A stretch of 64,000 nucleotides of DNA from the NCBI RefSeq assembly GCF_009914755.1, contig NC_060936.1. The stretch is one strand, 5' to 3'. The position numbers were made by a program, and so were the translations under genes. Shown here piece by piece: positions 26,390 to 38,651 of this stretch. Source of the stretch: the human T2T-CHM13v2.0 reference genome, Homo sapiens. Each line of letters begins with the position of its first letter. Positions within the stretch are counted from its first letter, which is position 1. The notes under the pieces are model-generated. The model was not told the DNA's origin. It saw nothing but the letters and a program-made list of their open reading frames with translations, and did not search any database.

Positions 26390-26545
26390 GTCCTTTTGTA
26401 GTTCATAAGGGTGAACCTTTGTAGTTCATAAGGTTTTCATCCTCATGTGTGAGACATGTCTCCCTCAGACCTTGTTATGATGTTGGCACGTTGCCCGTCT
26501 GATGTGAAAAATAAGAAATGAATAAAATTTTAAAAAATACATAAC
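26390..26545 (+). pseudogene. U13 (SNORD13) box C/D snoRNA retrocopy with A-rich tail and target-site duplication
   Basis: TCCTTTTGTAGTTCATAAG...GTGTGAGA...CCTTGTTATGATGTTGGCAC...CCCGTCTGA matches U13. Box D CTGA is at 26499-26502 and the A-rich tail at 26507-26545. TSD ATAAAGCCTG lies at 26379-26388 and 26546-26555. Confidence 0.9.
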
Positions 26546-26574
26546 ATAAAGCCTGTGCTCTGAGACAGGATAGC

Positions 26575-26800
26575 GCAGAAGTGGGCACAGGGATCCTGAG
26601 TTCAAATTCTGATTTCAGAATTCTTAGCTGTGTGACCTTGGCTGAATTACTCAATCTCTCTGGGCCTCAATCTCTTTATGTGAAAATTAGGGATAATAAA
26701 GATACTTCACGCATAGGGATGTTGAAAGTACAAAGAAGTCGATATATGATATGCAGCACCCGGACCAACAGGGTGTTGAGTGATGGTTTTACTGTTGTCC
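26575..26800 (+). mobile_element. MIR
   Basis: cctgagttcaaattctg...ttagctgtgtgaccttggctgaattactcaatctctctgggcctca. Confidence 0.8.
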
Positions 26801-27681
26801 TCCTCCTGTCTTGATAATCCAGGTGTCACAAGGATAAAAGATTTCACCTTCCACTTAACGGATATTTTTCCCCACTGACTTTTCAGAATTCTCCCTTATA
26901 ATTCCCCATTCCCTCTTGGAAAGCTCAGTTTAAATGTCCTTTTCACACGTTAAAGGCTTTAAAATGAAAGAGAAAATTGCTTTTATCTTCTGGTGTATTC
27001 TTTTCTCTTTTTGTTTACTCAACCATCAGGAAAGCATTTTCTACTTTGTCCCCTAAGACTTGTCATTAATATAATCATTCTAAATGCTGGTATAACCAAA
27101 CAAAACTACAGATGCTAACTAGCAAGCAGATGAAACTCACATGTGGGGGAAAAATGCGGAAGACTCTTTGGTACACACAAGTTTTTAAAAATTATCTGTA
27201 ATTAGTGGGAAAGAAAATATGTGGACTATATTAAAAATAAGCTCTTTATTTTTGAGGAAAAAGGCCATCATAAAGAACAGGAATGGTGTCCTTTTTATTT
27301 ATATGAATTGAGATAATTGGGACTCTCAGGGTTAATGTAAGTTTCCATCATAAATAATACCACCATCTGTGATAAATGGATGCCTCTCTCTTTCAATAGA
27401 TACAGCGAAACATTCTCAAACCATATGCTATGTGAGCAGCAAATGCACATATTTAAATTCTGCTGTAAATGCTTGTATTATACAACTCTAAATCCCTCCA
27501 GATTTTTTTTTCTTTTTGGTTTCCATTTCCAAACTGTTTTGGAGGCACAGTAAAAACCATGTTTACATTTTCAATCAAAGAGGTAAACCTGGTCTATAAA
27601 TCAGATTGTAAAATGCACTGAAGAAACACTAAGAAAGTTCTCCTATGCATGAAACATGACTCGGAAAGACTTCCTCTCTAT

Positions 27682-28018
27682 CAGGGGTCCGCACACTATG
27701 GCCTGTGGGTCAAACACAGCCCACCACCAGTTTCTGTGTGGTGGCCTGAAAACTAAGACTTTTTTTTTTTATGTTTGTATGTCTTTAGATAGTTGGAAAA
27801 GTGTTGTTTAATAGAGAGGCAGTGTTTTTGACATGTGAAATTCAAATTCTAGTGTTTAAAAGTAAAGTTTTATTAGAACACAGAAAGAGTCATTTGTTTA
27901 CATTTGTCTCTGGCTGCGTCACAGGAGGGTTGAGGAGTTGCAATGGAGACCATTTGGCCCACGAAGGCTGAACTATCTACTGCCTGGGCCTTTACGGAAA
28001 ATAGTATGCTGACTCCTT
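27682..28018. mobile_element. MER58B hAT element
   Basis: CAGGGGTCCGCACACTATGGCCTGTGGG...aaagttttattagaacacag...cctttacggaaaa. Confidence 0.8.
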
Positions 28019-28432
28019 CTTTATATGACTTGCAAAGCAGAGTTACCACAGTTTGGATCAAGAAAGGTGTGTCCTCTTAGAAGCTTTTGGCTGATAGTGA
28101 GAGAAAACCCTCGCGCACTGAGGAAGTCCACTGGCTCACATGGCTGGAAGGGCAGCGGCAAGGTGAGATCCAGGCGAGCTTCTCCCGGGCCCCTCACTGG
28201 GCCAACCCCTGGGATAAAAGCACAGCCCCTTCCCTCACTGTGCCCACCCGTGGCTGAGCTTGTCTCTGGGCACTCATGCATAGATTCCAGATGGATAACA
28301 GTATTTATGGGGAGACTGGCTCACTCATTGGCCCCTGGGGTGAAAGGCGTTTGCTTAAGAGTGAGGGACCTTCTTTCCCAGAAGTCCTAACACACTTCTC
28401 CTCATAGGTCCTTGGCCCAGTTTGGCCAGGGG

Positions 28433-28977
<545 letters not shown>

Positions 28978-29045
28978 GTTTAGGCCTATGTGTAACTGAA
29001 CCAGGTAATGGGAATGAGCTTGGAATTGCCCTGTTTGATTTAGAC

Positions 29046-29243
29046 CAGGGAATGGCAAACTACAGACCATGGGTCAAATCCAGCCTGTCACCTGTTTTGG
29101 TACAGGCTGCAAGCTAAATACGGTATTTACATTTTTAAAGATTATGTAAGTACCTATATAGAATGTTGATTTTTGTCTTCTAGCCTGCAAAAACCTAAGA
29201 CATTTACTATATGGTCCTTTAAGAAAAAGTTTGCCAACCCCTG
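29046..29243. mobile_element. MER58-family hAT element, full length
   Basis: TIRs CAGGGAATGGCAAACT...AGTTTGCCAACCCCTG. Confidence 0.85.
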
Positions 29244-29249
29244 GATTAA

Positions 29250-29875
29250 CACCAATCATTCTCAACCCTCACCTTTATGAGCCATGAAACGAAATCTCTG
29301 ATTTGATAACCTTCATATGTACATAATTAAAAACAAATCAGTATAGTGCTCTGTCATAGGCAGGAGAAACAATTCAAAGTCAAGTAATATTTTAACAGAT
29401 ATATCTAGAAGGCCGAATGAAGTAGTCAGATACTTGCTCCTGTATTTAGAGTCACCATGGGTGTGTCAGCCACAGACGCAGACTGGTATAGCTATGTTGG
29501 AGCAAGTTGCATTTCACATGCAGATTGGACATTGTGATGTAATTTTCGGAAAGGATCAACGACTTTTTAGATAAGTTTCATCAAAGTCTGATCTCCACCC
29601 CAGTAGTTGCAATTCTGGAACACATACAGTATGTGGAATCATTGCCCTTCTCCCAGTTATTTAGTGGATGTTTAAGATCGGCTCTTTGCTTGGATCACTG
29701 TAAGTGGGTTCCTCACCTCTGTGAATGTCCAGTGGGGCAGCGTCATGCAGAATCTGGGCAATTCTTTGTGGTTGTAGAACAGTCTCGTGCTGTGCAGAAA
29801 ACCTAGCAGAACTGGCTGTGATCTCTACATGCCAGTGGTGTTCCTCCCTCTAGTCATTGTGATAATCAAAATGCC
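29250..29875 (-). mobile_element. MER20B-like hAT element
   Basis: ttctcaacc terminus and a MER20-like segment (gggcaattctttg...atgccagtggtg...gtcattgtgataatcaaaa). Confidence 0.45.
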
Positions 29876-30540
29876 ACCCTCCCCATAGATGTTTACATCC
29901 CTATCGCCAGAGGCTGCAAATATGTGACCTGCATGGGGAAAGGAACTTTGCAGATGTGATTAAGGTAAGGCTCTTGAGATGGGGGGACTATCCTGGATCA
30001 TCCAGGTGGCCCTGATGTCATCACAGGGGTCCCTGTAGAGGGAGACAGGAAGTCAGGGGCGAGAGAAGCTGCCGAGATATTGGCTTAGAAGAGAGAGACT
30101 CCAAGCCGAGGACTGCAGGTGACCTCCAGAAAATGGAAAAGGGAACAGATTCTTCCCTGAAGCCTCCAGAAGGATCACAACCCTACTGACACTTCAGGGT
30201 TTTTTTGTTTGTTTGTTTTAGCTTTTATTTTAAGTTCATGGGTATATGTGAGGGATGTGCAGGTTTGTTACATAGGTAGCCATGAGTCATGTGGGTTTGT
30301 TTTATAGATTAGTTCATCACCCAGGTATTAAGCCCAGTATCCATTAGTAACTTTTCCTGATCCTCTCCCTCCTTCCACCCTCCACCCTCCGTTAGGCCCC
30401 AGTGTGTGTTGTTTCCCTAGTGACACTTTGATTTTAGACTTCTGACCTCCAGGACTATATAAAAAGAAAAAATACATATGTGTTGTTTTAAATGGCTAAG
30501 TTTGTAGTAATTCGTTCCAGCAGCGTAGGAAACTGACACA
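29875..30540 (+). mobile_element. MLT1D solo LTR split by an L1 fragment
   Basis: ggaactttgcagatgtgattaagg...gcctccagaagg | L1 | tgattttagacttctgacctccag...aggaaactgacaca. Confidence 0.85.
30195..30414 (-). mobile_element. L1PA (older subfamily) 3' end nested in MLT1D
   Basis: gatgtgcaggtttgttacatagg...catcacccaggtattaagccc; TSD cccta(c/g)tgacactt at 30181 and 30415. Confidence 0.9.
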
Positions 30541-31539
30541 CCGTCCCTTAGAGGAGCACCTGTCCTGGGAGAGCCCCAGCCTGAGCCAATCAGAACCCAC
30601 CTGCAGACGGACCTCGGTTCCAAGCCACATTGTGGGTGGTCAGCGGGGGAGGGCAGGTGGAGGATGTGGAGGAATCGGCCACGTGGCCACCAGGCAAGCC
30701 ATTGGCTGAGCTTAACTTGCGGAAACACTGACACCATGCAGTTAAAGCAGCCCATGTTAGACTTGTAACTTCGCCTGGTAAATATTTCCCTCTGTGCCTA
30801 CCTAGGGCACCCTTCTTGTGCTGATGAAGTCCAAGACTCTGAAGATTTTAGAGCATTCGTCTTTGAAAGGCACAGTTCCTTTGCTGTACTTCTAGGAGTC
30901 TGACTGAGTAGCATCTGAGAGTGATTATGGAGCGCTCCCAGAGAAAAGGGGGGAACTATCCCCCCAGGGGCTCAGAGGGGAATATAAGTACCTGCTCTTT
31001 TAAAGGAGAGCTTGACGGTTACGAAATTGCAAACCGCGCTATGTAATTTCAGCAAAGGATATTCAGGCTTTGTTCAGAAGAGGCATTGAAATCAAATAAT
31101 CCATTTATCAAGGTGCCTTTTGTTTCAATAAAAAAGAAACAATGAGCCATATTTAGCAGAGAGAGAGACATTCTGTGTCTGGGGAATGTTAATAAATCAC
31201 CAATGGAGAGAGGAAAAAATATTCAGGCTTGCTTGTGTTTCAAGTAAGCTGCAGTGACTTGGAAGGAAAATCCAGTCAGGGCTCTCCTTGAGGCATATGG
31301 AGAAAGGCAAGTCCTGTTTTGCAGGTGTCTGATATCATATGAGTAAACCAGAGATGTCTGATGCAGGAGACACCTCCAAAGTCCTGAAAAGAGCCCACTT
31401 CCCTTAATTTCAGATTTTTCTTTCTCACGTAGACATCACCCAATTTTTTTTTCGCATGTGGATATCACCCTTACCCCCAACATTTCTGTAGTTTTAAAAG
31501 CTTGTTACTATAACTGATGAACACATTTGAAATAATGGT

Positions 31540-31785
31540 AATGATTATGATAATAGCAACAACAATTCCCAATTGTTAAGCATGCTGAGTGCTTAGTTTA
31601 TTGCTTTAAGTGAGGCGGTCTTATGTGATTCCCATCATCGACATGAGAATTCTGAGGCTCAAGAGTTTAAGGTATTTTCCAAAAGACAAAAACGAAACAA
31701 AAAAAATCCTCATCTAGGAAGTTGTGGGACAAGGATTCATTGTTGAACTTCGTGTCACTCCATGAACTCCTAACCACTGTGATAC
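31540..31785 (-). mobile_element. MIR (degenerate)
   Basis: attcccatcatcgacatgagaattctgaggctcaagagtttaag...ggattc. Confidence 0.55.
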
Positions 31786-31898
31786 ATTTCTTCTTTCTGG
31801 GCTGGAGAAGGCTTTGATTAAAGTCCTTCCCCTGTTTCTTCCTATGTATGTAATATCTGACAAACTACCTCAGGCTTTCTATGTGGATCAAGTTAGAT

Positions 31899-32105
31899 CA
31901 GGGTTTGTCAACCTCAGTGCTATTGACATTGTAGGCTGGATAATTATTTGTGGTGGGGGCACTGTCTTGTGCATTGTAAGATGTTTAGAACCATCCCTGG
32001 CTCCTACCGACTAGATGTCAATAACAGCCCCCTCCCAGTTGTGACAACCAAAAAATGTCTGCAGACGTCACCAAGTGTTTCTCAAGAAAATCACCCTTAA
32101 CCCTG
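31899..32105 (-). mobile_element. MER20
   Basis: CAGGGTTTGTCAACCTCAGTGCTATTGACATT...cccagttgtgacaaccaaaaaatgtctgcagac. Confidence 0.9.
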
Positions 32106-32404
32106 ACTTAGATGCTGTCCTTGAAAGCCCCTTGCACACCCTAAAACAATTCCACTTGTGCCTGTGGATTATTTCAGGGGATGATATTTTTATTTTTATC
32201 CAATTCAAGAGGGAAGCAGGACCTAGTAAAAATACTATATTTGTGGGCATATTTGTATATTTGTGGGCATCCACTGCCTACCCCATTTAGAATAACCCCT
32301 GGCTTCATCCCATCTGCCTGGATAGACTTCCCACTCCTCACATGCTGGGATTCTGAGCTTTCCCTCCCCAATCTTTTGGTTATGTTGTTCTTCATCCTAG
32401 AATT

Positions 32405-32789
32405 CTTGCTGTACCCCATTCAATCTCCGCAGGTCCTACCCATCCTTTATGTCCCAGCTTAGAGAACATCAACTGTAAAGAATCTATCTCTGGTCAACAT
32501 GTCTGAAAGTGAGCGTTGTGATGAAGGCAGGGCATCACGTTAGTGGGAAGGCTCATTCTCCCAGTGTTATCCTGTCTGGGCACTGAGTGACGTGGCCTTG
32601 CCATATTCCATTCAACCTCCTCAGGCCCTAACCATCCTTTATGTCCCAGCCCAGAGAACATCAGCTCTAAAGAATCCATCCCTGGTCAACACGTCTGAAA
32701 GTGAGCATTGCGATGAAAGCAGTGCATCGTGTTAGTGGAAAGGCTCGTTCTCCCAGTGTTATCCTGTCTGGGCACTGAGTGACGTGGCC
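32405..32789 (+). repeat. 192-bp tandem duplication (2 copies, ~88% identical, no indels)
   Basis: Copies start at 32405 and 32597; 23 substitutions by manual alignment. Confidence 0.95.
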
Positions 32790-34249
32790 ATCTCCGGTGT
32801 CCACCATCTCAGAATCTGAAAAACTCAATTTCCGACTGCAGCTTTGTGGTAGAGTTCTCCGATGAACAACCGGTGGAGGACACAATATCCCCAACACTGA
32901 CAGGCAGGTACAGATAAAGAAAATGGATAAACAGGAAGGGAGACAGCAATGAACGAGCTGTCACCTGCTCTCCAGGCTGTCTCCCGTGTCCGTAGGAAAC
33001 CAGCATTGGACTTTTCCAGGGGTATTGTTTCAGGTCAATAAAAATGACTCAATTATCCTATCTTTCTGGGAGATGTTGGTGCAAGCAGATGAACTGGAGT
33101 AAGAGGAAAGACATTTGTCAGAACTCGCAATGCCATGGCAGCCCTGGAATTGTTTCCTTGCAGTCAGGAGATAACGTTTCCGGGAGAAAACACACGGCAA
33201 AGGCTGGCAACCACTTATGATTCCTTAATCTGCTACCTCTGGGCTTCCCAAGATGAGAGGTAAGTTTAGGGAGCGTACAGGGTGCTGCAGCCTGTGTGGG
33301 TGCAGATGGACCCTGCACAGGTTCGTCGAGGAGTCGTTCATGTGGGCACCTCTGTGGTTGGCTGTTGGAGGTTCCTGGACATGGCGCAAAATCGCCTGTA
33401 CAACCATATGAGAAAGTGGGAATTTCCTGCTTAATTATTTGAATTATTCTGAGTCTATCTAAGAGAAAATCTCATTTTGCAGCCGCTGTATCTTCAGCAA
33501 CCAACACTTGATAATCTCCCTGCTTAACAAAGAAATGGCAAACTATGGCTCAGAGCTATAGACAGGCAGCAAATAGGGGATGTGACCTTGGTTTTTTATT
33601 TACAGTGAGATTATTTAAACAGAACTATTCATTTATATTAGTACATTATTTATTACAATTTTAATTTATAAAGTTATCAATTATTAGTAAGCTCCTGGAC
33701 TGATTAACAGTGCATACATTATCTGGTTCATGTCATGAGATTGAGGGAGGTGTGAAGCTTAGGAAACACCACCCTCAGTTGAAAGCTCTGTGTACAGAGA
33801 GCTGCACTAGGCAGTCTTGGGCATGTATGTACTCAAGAAGTTCTTGATAAATTCTCAGCAGCCCCCATGGACAGGTGCTAGTGCATTATTTTACTGGGGA
33901 AAGGAATGATTGTTCTTGTCTGCTGCAACAATTGTTAGTTTACTTCTGGGTGACCATATGCTCTAAAAGTATGCAAATGTGAGGCAAAGAAGGTACTTAC
34001 ATGAAGGTGAAGTTTCCTTAACACCTCTGATGCACTGACACTGAATGGCTGCAGAGGGTTGCCATCCCCTGGTACTGGATGTCAGAATGTCCATGGACAT
34101 TGGCTCCAATTCTTCCTACCACACGTGAGAAGTTCTGCCTTCCAGCAAATGGTGTCTACATTTTCCCTCATTGTACACCTTACTGCTGTGTGAAGTGGCT
34201 TCGTCCCCCATCTGGCTTGCTTCATGTTTGGGCTATTGGTCAAACTTGA

Positions 34250-34600
34250 TGCATTCCTCAAGTGTTGAATGAGTCGTCACTGAGTCACATGGTATTCAAG
34301 ACAGAAGGGTACCCTGCTGGATAAACACACTATCCTTTTTCCCATGGAGCTTCCAGTCTGTTAGGGAAGATGGTCATTAACCAAACATGCACACAAACAA
34401 ATATAAAATTACAGCTGTGTGAAAAGATATAAAAAAGAGGTGCATGGTGTTTTGGGAGGGGCACTGGACCTAGTGTGGAAGTCAGGGAGGCTTCCTATTA
34501 ATAGAAGAGGTGAGGTGGATCTGGGAACCGAATGGAAATTAATTAGGCTGAAGGAGTGGCCATGTGTGAGACCCTGGAGATATGAAGGAGCAAGATGTAT
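34250..34600 (-). mobile_element. L2 fragment
   Basis: catggagcttccagtctgttaggg...gtggaagtcagggaggcttcc. Confidence 0.6.
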
Positions 34601-34749
34601 TTAAACTTCGATAATAAATTTAAAACTCTGGAACAAGGATGTACTAAGATATAATTAAGATATAACCCTACTTGCACCCTTATTATGAGTCAGGCACTTG
34701 CTGAACACTTTGTAGGCATCATCTCAATGAACGCTCATGCACCTGGGAG

Positions 34750-34993
34750 GCAGGGAGTAGAGCAAGGTGAGCCCTGTTGCCAAGTGGACCAGAACATCTA
34801 GAACCACACAGCCAGGCATGAGTTTCAGCTACATCACTTACAACCAGGAGATCTTGGGCAACATTACTTACCTTCCCTATTCCTCAATTTCCCCTTCTAT
34901 AAAAAGTGAGCATCATGATACCCCATAAGATTGTTGTGAAGAGCTAATTGACATTCCACATGGAAAGCATTTAAAAACACACCTAGAACATGG
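34750..34993 (+). mobile_element. MIR (interrupted at its 3' end by THE1)
   Basis: gatcttgggcaacattac...cctcaatttcccc...gattgttgtgaagagctaa...aaagcattta. Confidence 0.6.
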
Positions 34994-35354
34994 TGATATG
35001 GTTTGGCCATGTCCCCACCCAAATCTCATCTCGAATTGTATCTCCCGTAATCCCCACATATCATGGGAGGAAACTGGTGGGAGGTAATTGAATCATCAGG
35101 GCAGGTTTTTGTGCTGTTCTCATGATAGTGAATAAGTCTCACAAGATCTAATGGTTTTATAAAGGGCACTTCCCCTGCACACACACTCTTGCCTGCCACC
35201 ATGTAAGATGTGCCTTTGCTTCTCCTTTACCTTCCACCATGATTGTGAGGCCTCCCCAGCCATGTGGAACTGAGAATCCATTAAACCTCTTTTTCTTTTA
35301 TAAATTACCCAGTCTCGGGTATTTCTTCATAGCAGTATGAAAGTGGACTAATCA
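34994..35354 (+). mobile_element. THE1C/D solo LTR
   Basis: tgatatggtttggc...ccacccaaatctcatc...aattacccagtctcgggta...ggactaatca. Confidence 0.92.
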
Positions 35355-35464
35355 TACGGTCAATTCTTGATGACTGCTGGCTGCTCTGTGAGGGATTGTT
35401 TCATGATGAAACACCCTGAAATGTAGAGGCTTGATCATGTTCAAGGCCTCCTGAGTCTCAGGAC

Positions 35465-35845
35465 TTCTGATCTTGGCTGGACTTGCTCACTTGTTTGGGG
35501 CTGGGCATGGGCTGCCTGATGCAGGATGGCCTCAGCTGGGATCGCACCGCTCGCCTCCACATGGTCTCTTCTCCAGGTTGGCCCAGGCTTGTTCTTCTTC
35601 CTACTATCAGGTGTCCAAAAGAGGCAGAGTGGAAATGTGCAAGGCCCCTTGAGACCTGCGCCCAGAAGAGGCACGCTGTCACTTCTTCCATATTTTCTTG
35701 GCCAAAGCAAATCACAAGGCAGCCCAGATTCAAAGAGTGGGGAAACTGACTCCACCTCTTGATGGGAGAACTGCAAAGTCTTATGCAAAGGTTGTAGATA
35801 AGCGTGTAGATACAGGAGATGGGGTGCCATTTTTTAATTGCTCTT
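35465..35845 (-). mobile_element. MLT1 (F/G/H-type) LTR
   Basis: ggcctcagctggg...ttggccaaagcaaatcacaaggcagcccagattcaa...ctccacctcttgatgggag. Confidence 0.8.
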
Positions 35846-37318
35846 CTATTGTTATTATGCTACATATCTAGATCAACAGGTCTCAATCTCTCTTTCTCTG
35901 TCTCTGTCTCTCTCTCCTCTTTATGGAAAGTGAAGCTCCCTTAGCCACTATACAAGGCCTTGCTCCTTTCTTTATGGTCTGTCTCTTCTTAACTCAAGTC
36001 AAATCTCTCAGGAGCTGGAAGAATTCAGAATGAGGCTCAACAGGAAGGGATGAGCTAGGCTTCACTTCACTTCATCCCTTCTCACTTTTCCTCATGTGAA
36101 GGATAAAGAGTGACCTGTTCAAAGAATGGAAGAACCCTAAGACAGGAGGTGAGACCACAAGCCCACTCCATCTGTATTTTATAGAAAATAAACTCAGCAT
36201 TTGCTTAAAAGCAAACGGGTTTCCTTTAGACTTTTTTCCAGTTAAGAAAAGGAGAGAAAAGGAATCTTTATGTCTAGGAAGAATGAAGAATGAATGACAA
36301 GACAGCTTGTTGACAAATACTTCCTGTTGGTGAATGCTCCCACTGCAGATGGGCCTGGAATCCTGTGCCCCGCCCCTTCACAGAGCCCTTGGCTCACAAC
36401 CTTCTCCAAGCAGATGAGTCTCTAAGTCCCTACACTTCAAGATTTAAGAGTATTTTTTTGGATTGGGATAAATACCTCAAAATAAAAGCATCAGATGTGG
36501 CTTTTGGTTTTTACAAAATATTACAAGTTGCCTAAATAGTCCGTGTTTAAGGACATAGAGCCAGAGCTCTTTCTGGAATGTCATACCTCGGCAGGGCCTT
36601 TTGTGCATGTTTTAAGCTGATTCTGAAATTAGGGGGTTAAAATGGAAGCGCCGAGCCATCCCTAAAGAGAGGGAGGCGAATGTGCCCTTGTTGCTGGTGA
36701 CCCCAGAACAAGGCCTCTGGGCTGAGAACAGGAGAGAATGTTATTTCTTTGAAAAGCCATCTTGACAATCCAAGTCCGTTTGGCTGCAGCACCAAAGGCA
36801 GCTTTGATCTGCTCGCCAGTGTCCCTGCCGGGAAAAGGATTAGGGTCCTTCCAGAGGACAGCAGAGCCAGGCTGCCCCATATGCTGGCGGGTTGCACAGG
36901 CTGCACTGAGAGGAAGGGACAGCAGGGAAGGCTGGAAAGAAGGAGAGAGAGCAACTCCCGTCTCCTCTCTCAATATACGAATGCAGGCTTGTTTGGGTTT
37001 TCTGGGGGTTTTAAAAAACAGAAGCAAGGAGATGGGCTTTCTTGGGTTTTCAAAGTTAGCAATTGCGGCAGTTGAAGTGTCTGGGTCATGAGTGTGTAGC
37101 AAGTTCTTAGCCGTGCCCTCATGTAGCATAAGCTCATGGGGGATCTTAGCAAAGAAAATATTCAAATAGCAAGGAGGTTGCTTGTGGTCCTTCTGTTGAT
37201 GTCAGGGATGGTTCAAATAACCCTGGAAGCAAGGGGTGACATGCTGCACTTTCCTACCTTGGAGTTGAGCCTGTGAGCCCCCAGTATTCAGCAACTTAGC
37301 CAGCTGAATCTTGTAAAT

Positions 37319-37625
37319 CAGGAATCTCAAACTCAAAAGCACCTGACAGACAAGCAGGCAGGTCCATGGCGCACAGCGGGCTCAGTGTAGGATGACAGCA
37401 ACACTGGGGCTGTAAGTCACCTCCTCCCATCATCACCATGGGGGGAGAAACCCCAAATGTTTCCAGTTCCTCCCATCTTCAAAGACAAGCTGGAAACCCA
37501 GAGACTCCCCAGTTTTAAAAAATTGAGTTTCACTTTATAAAGATTTTTTTAAAAAACACTGTGGGCCAAGCAAAACCTACCTGCAGGCTGGGTGGAGCCC
37601 CAGAGTGAGCAGTCTGCGATGTCGG
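37319..37625 (-). mobile_element. MER102-like hAT-Charlie element
   Basis: caggaatctcaaactcaaaagc terminus; aaaacactgtgggccaagcaaaac...cagtctgcga. Confidence 0.55.
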
Positions 37626-38270
37626 GTCTCAACAGATGCAGAGCCCAGAGGCATGTAGTTTACACCCCAATCAGTATCGCCACTCGGTGTACTGAATCTC
37701 AGTAGGGGGCCAGAGGGACCCGAGCCTTGGAACTGGGCTCCCACCCAGTGGAGAGAGGGTGGCATGCTTATTCATTCTGCTAACTCATTTTACCTGGAAG
37801 AGTTAATAATGAACACTTTCTCCCCGGCTAAGAAAGAAGACGATGATGACAAGATAGTGTCTTTGGTGATCAATGACTAAAAGACACTCTCCACCCAAAT
37901 GGATCAAGATTATCAAAGAATCTAACGAATTTAGGAATAATAATATGGTGGGGCATTGACTCATTATTTTTGAGTAACATGGGAAAAATGGCTTATCTTA
38001 TTACTATTTTTTCCAACAAATGAATAAATATAAACAGGAAAAATCTCTAAGGAAGAAATGAGGAATTAAAAAAAGACCAAGATGTCTTGCTTACATTTTA
38101 TTTATTTCAACGAACAGTTTTATTTTGATACAGTTGGAGTCTTAAAGAAGAGTTACAAGAATAGTGAAAGGAATTTTCATATACCCTTCACTCAGGTTCC
38201 TCAAATGGTGACATTTGACCATGTTTCCTTTCACCTGAGTTCCCCTCCACCCCAAGCTGTTTGAGAGTAA

Positions 38271-38651
<381 letters not shown>

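Noticed and set aside
26410-26418. GGTGAACCT in the U13 retrocopy matches the 18S rRNA 3' region that U13 pairs with (possible target-RNA chimera)
   Set aside because: Only 9 nt, mostly accounted for by U13 bases plus the start of the internal duplication; indistinguishable from chance.
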